Source of the DNA: Tubiluchus corallicola
Taxonomy: Eukaryota > Animalia > Priapulida
DNA: 64,000 nucleotides
Reading direction: 5' to 3'
NCBI GenBank assembly: GCA_030141605.1
Contig: JAQGDQ010000006.1
Location: 1,637,067-1,701,066 of the forward strand
Positions 62,981 to 64,000 of this stretch are shown here, one piece after another (positions within the stretch are counted from its first letter, which is position 1; each line of letters opens with the position of its first letter). The notes beneath the pieces are model-generated. The model worked only from the letters and a program-made list of their open reading frames with translations. It did no database searches and was not told the origin of the DNA. Made by a program: the position numbers and the translations under genes.

Positions 62981-64000
62981 AGTTGAATGACATGGAATAT
63001 ATATACATATAATATTATATTCTGTAAATGCAAAATTATTAATATTAATTTATTTATTAGCCACAGTTGCTTGGCAGGTAGTTTTTAAACATTTTTGTGA
63101 TAGTATGTGTACTTAAATACAATTCTATCAACCGTAGGAGCTGGCGTACAAAATATTTCAAAGTTAAACCAAAATAAAAAAGAATAAAAATTCGTTTCAA
63201 AGTCAAATTCAGAAAAATTTGTTAACCCGAAGTAAAAAAGAGATATTTTGGAGATTTTTGTAAAATCACATACGTGAATATTGGCATCTTCGGGACACAA
63301 ATAGCCTTCTGGTTTGTTTAATGGTCTGAGTCACACTGGTATTCATGACATAGATTAACTTACAAAATCACACGTGAGAATGACGATATGATACTTTTTG
63401 CCTAAATTTTGTTATTTTAGAAAAGTTAAATATTCGTGTTTCTCGTGTCATTTTACACTGTGCAGTATGTAGCTGTGCTATGAGGAAGTGTAAATAATAC
63501 ACATATGATCACACCACTATGAAGCACAAGGGTACATGGCCTCTTCGTTTGGAAATCGTGTTATTACTGTCTAATATAATACTTTGGTCTTTTAACCTTT
63601 AGATTTTGAAAGTCGATAAATGAATCTTTTGCATTTTCAGTTTATTAAACTTCACCTTATTGTTAGTAGTTTGGCTGCAAGGGCAAAAAGAATTTATGCA
63701 TGCTTTACTTTTATTATAAATGATTTTTACAATTGTAACTCCAGACTTCCACACTTAATGTTAGGGATTTAAAAAATAAGTCTTTAAAATAGTATGAATA
63801 GCGTCTTAAATGATACAAGGCTGTGAGTTCAAGTTTTAATTTGAATTTGTTAAATTTTGTGATTGACATTCATAAAATTTAGTCATGTGCTATAAAATTG
63901 TTCATAAAGAGCTATATCTAAATGTTGACAAACTTGTCAACAAAACCAAAAGTAACCATTCGCTCAAACTCTTTGTTAGGCGTACTGCAAAAAAAGCTTT

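Overview
AT-rich animal (invertebrate-type) genomic DNA; no prokaryotic-style systems. I assembled three complete spliced genes by hand with phase-consistent splice sites. (1) MTA1/2/3-type NuRD subunit, minus strand, 12 coding exons, 43898->29306, about 737 aa; it has a GC-AG first intron and an extra classical C2H2 finger after the GATA finger. (2) A head-to-head plus-strand gene, 44708->49235, about 307 aa, with a charged N-terminus, one TM helix and an SRPBCC/START-like domain. (3) A PBLD/PhzF-family epimerase-like gene, minus strand, 6 exons, 60442->52683, about 296 aa. A fourth gene may start at about 60924 (+). The left 29 kb and the introns hold many repeats: hAT MITEs with 8-bp TSDs, pogo/Tigger-like MITEs, CR1/L2/RTE LINE remnants, tRNA-derived Meta-type SINEs, a 5S-derived SINE, a tRNA-5S chimeric SINE inside an inverted duplication, a Penelope remnant with a minimal hammerhead ribozyme, and micro/minisatellites including a 302-bp higher-order repeat. 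Most ORFs in the supplied track are repeat artefacts. Family assignments come from remembered motifs, not from database searches.
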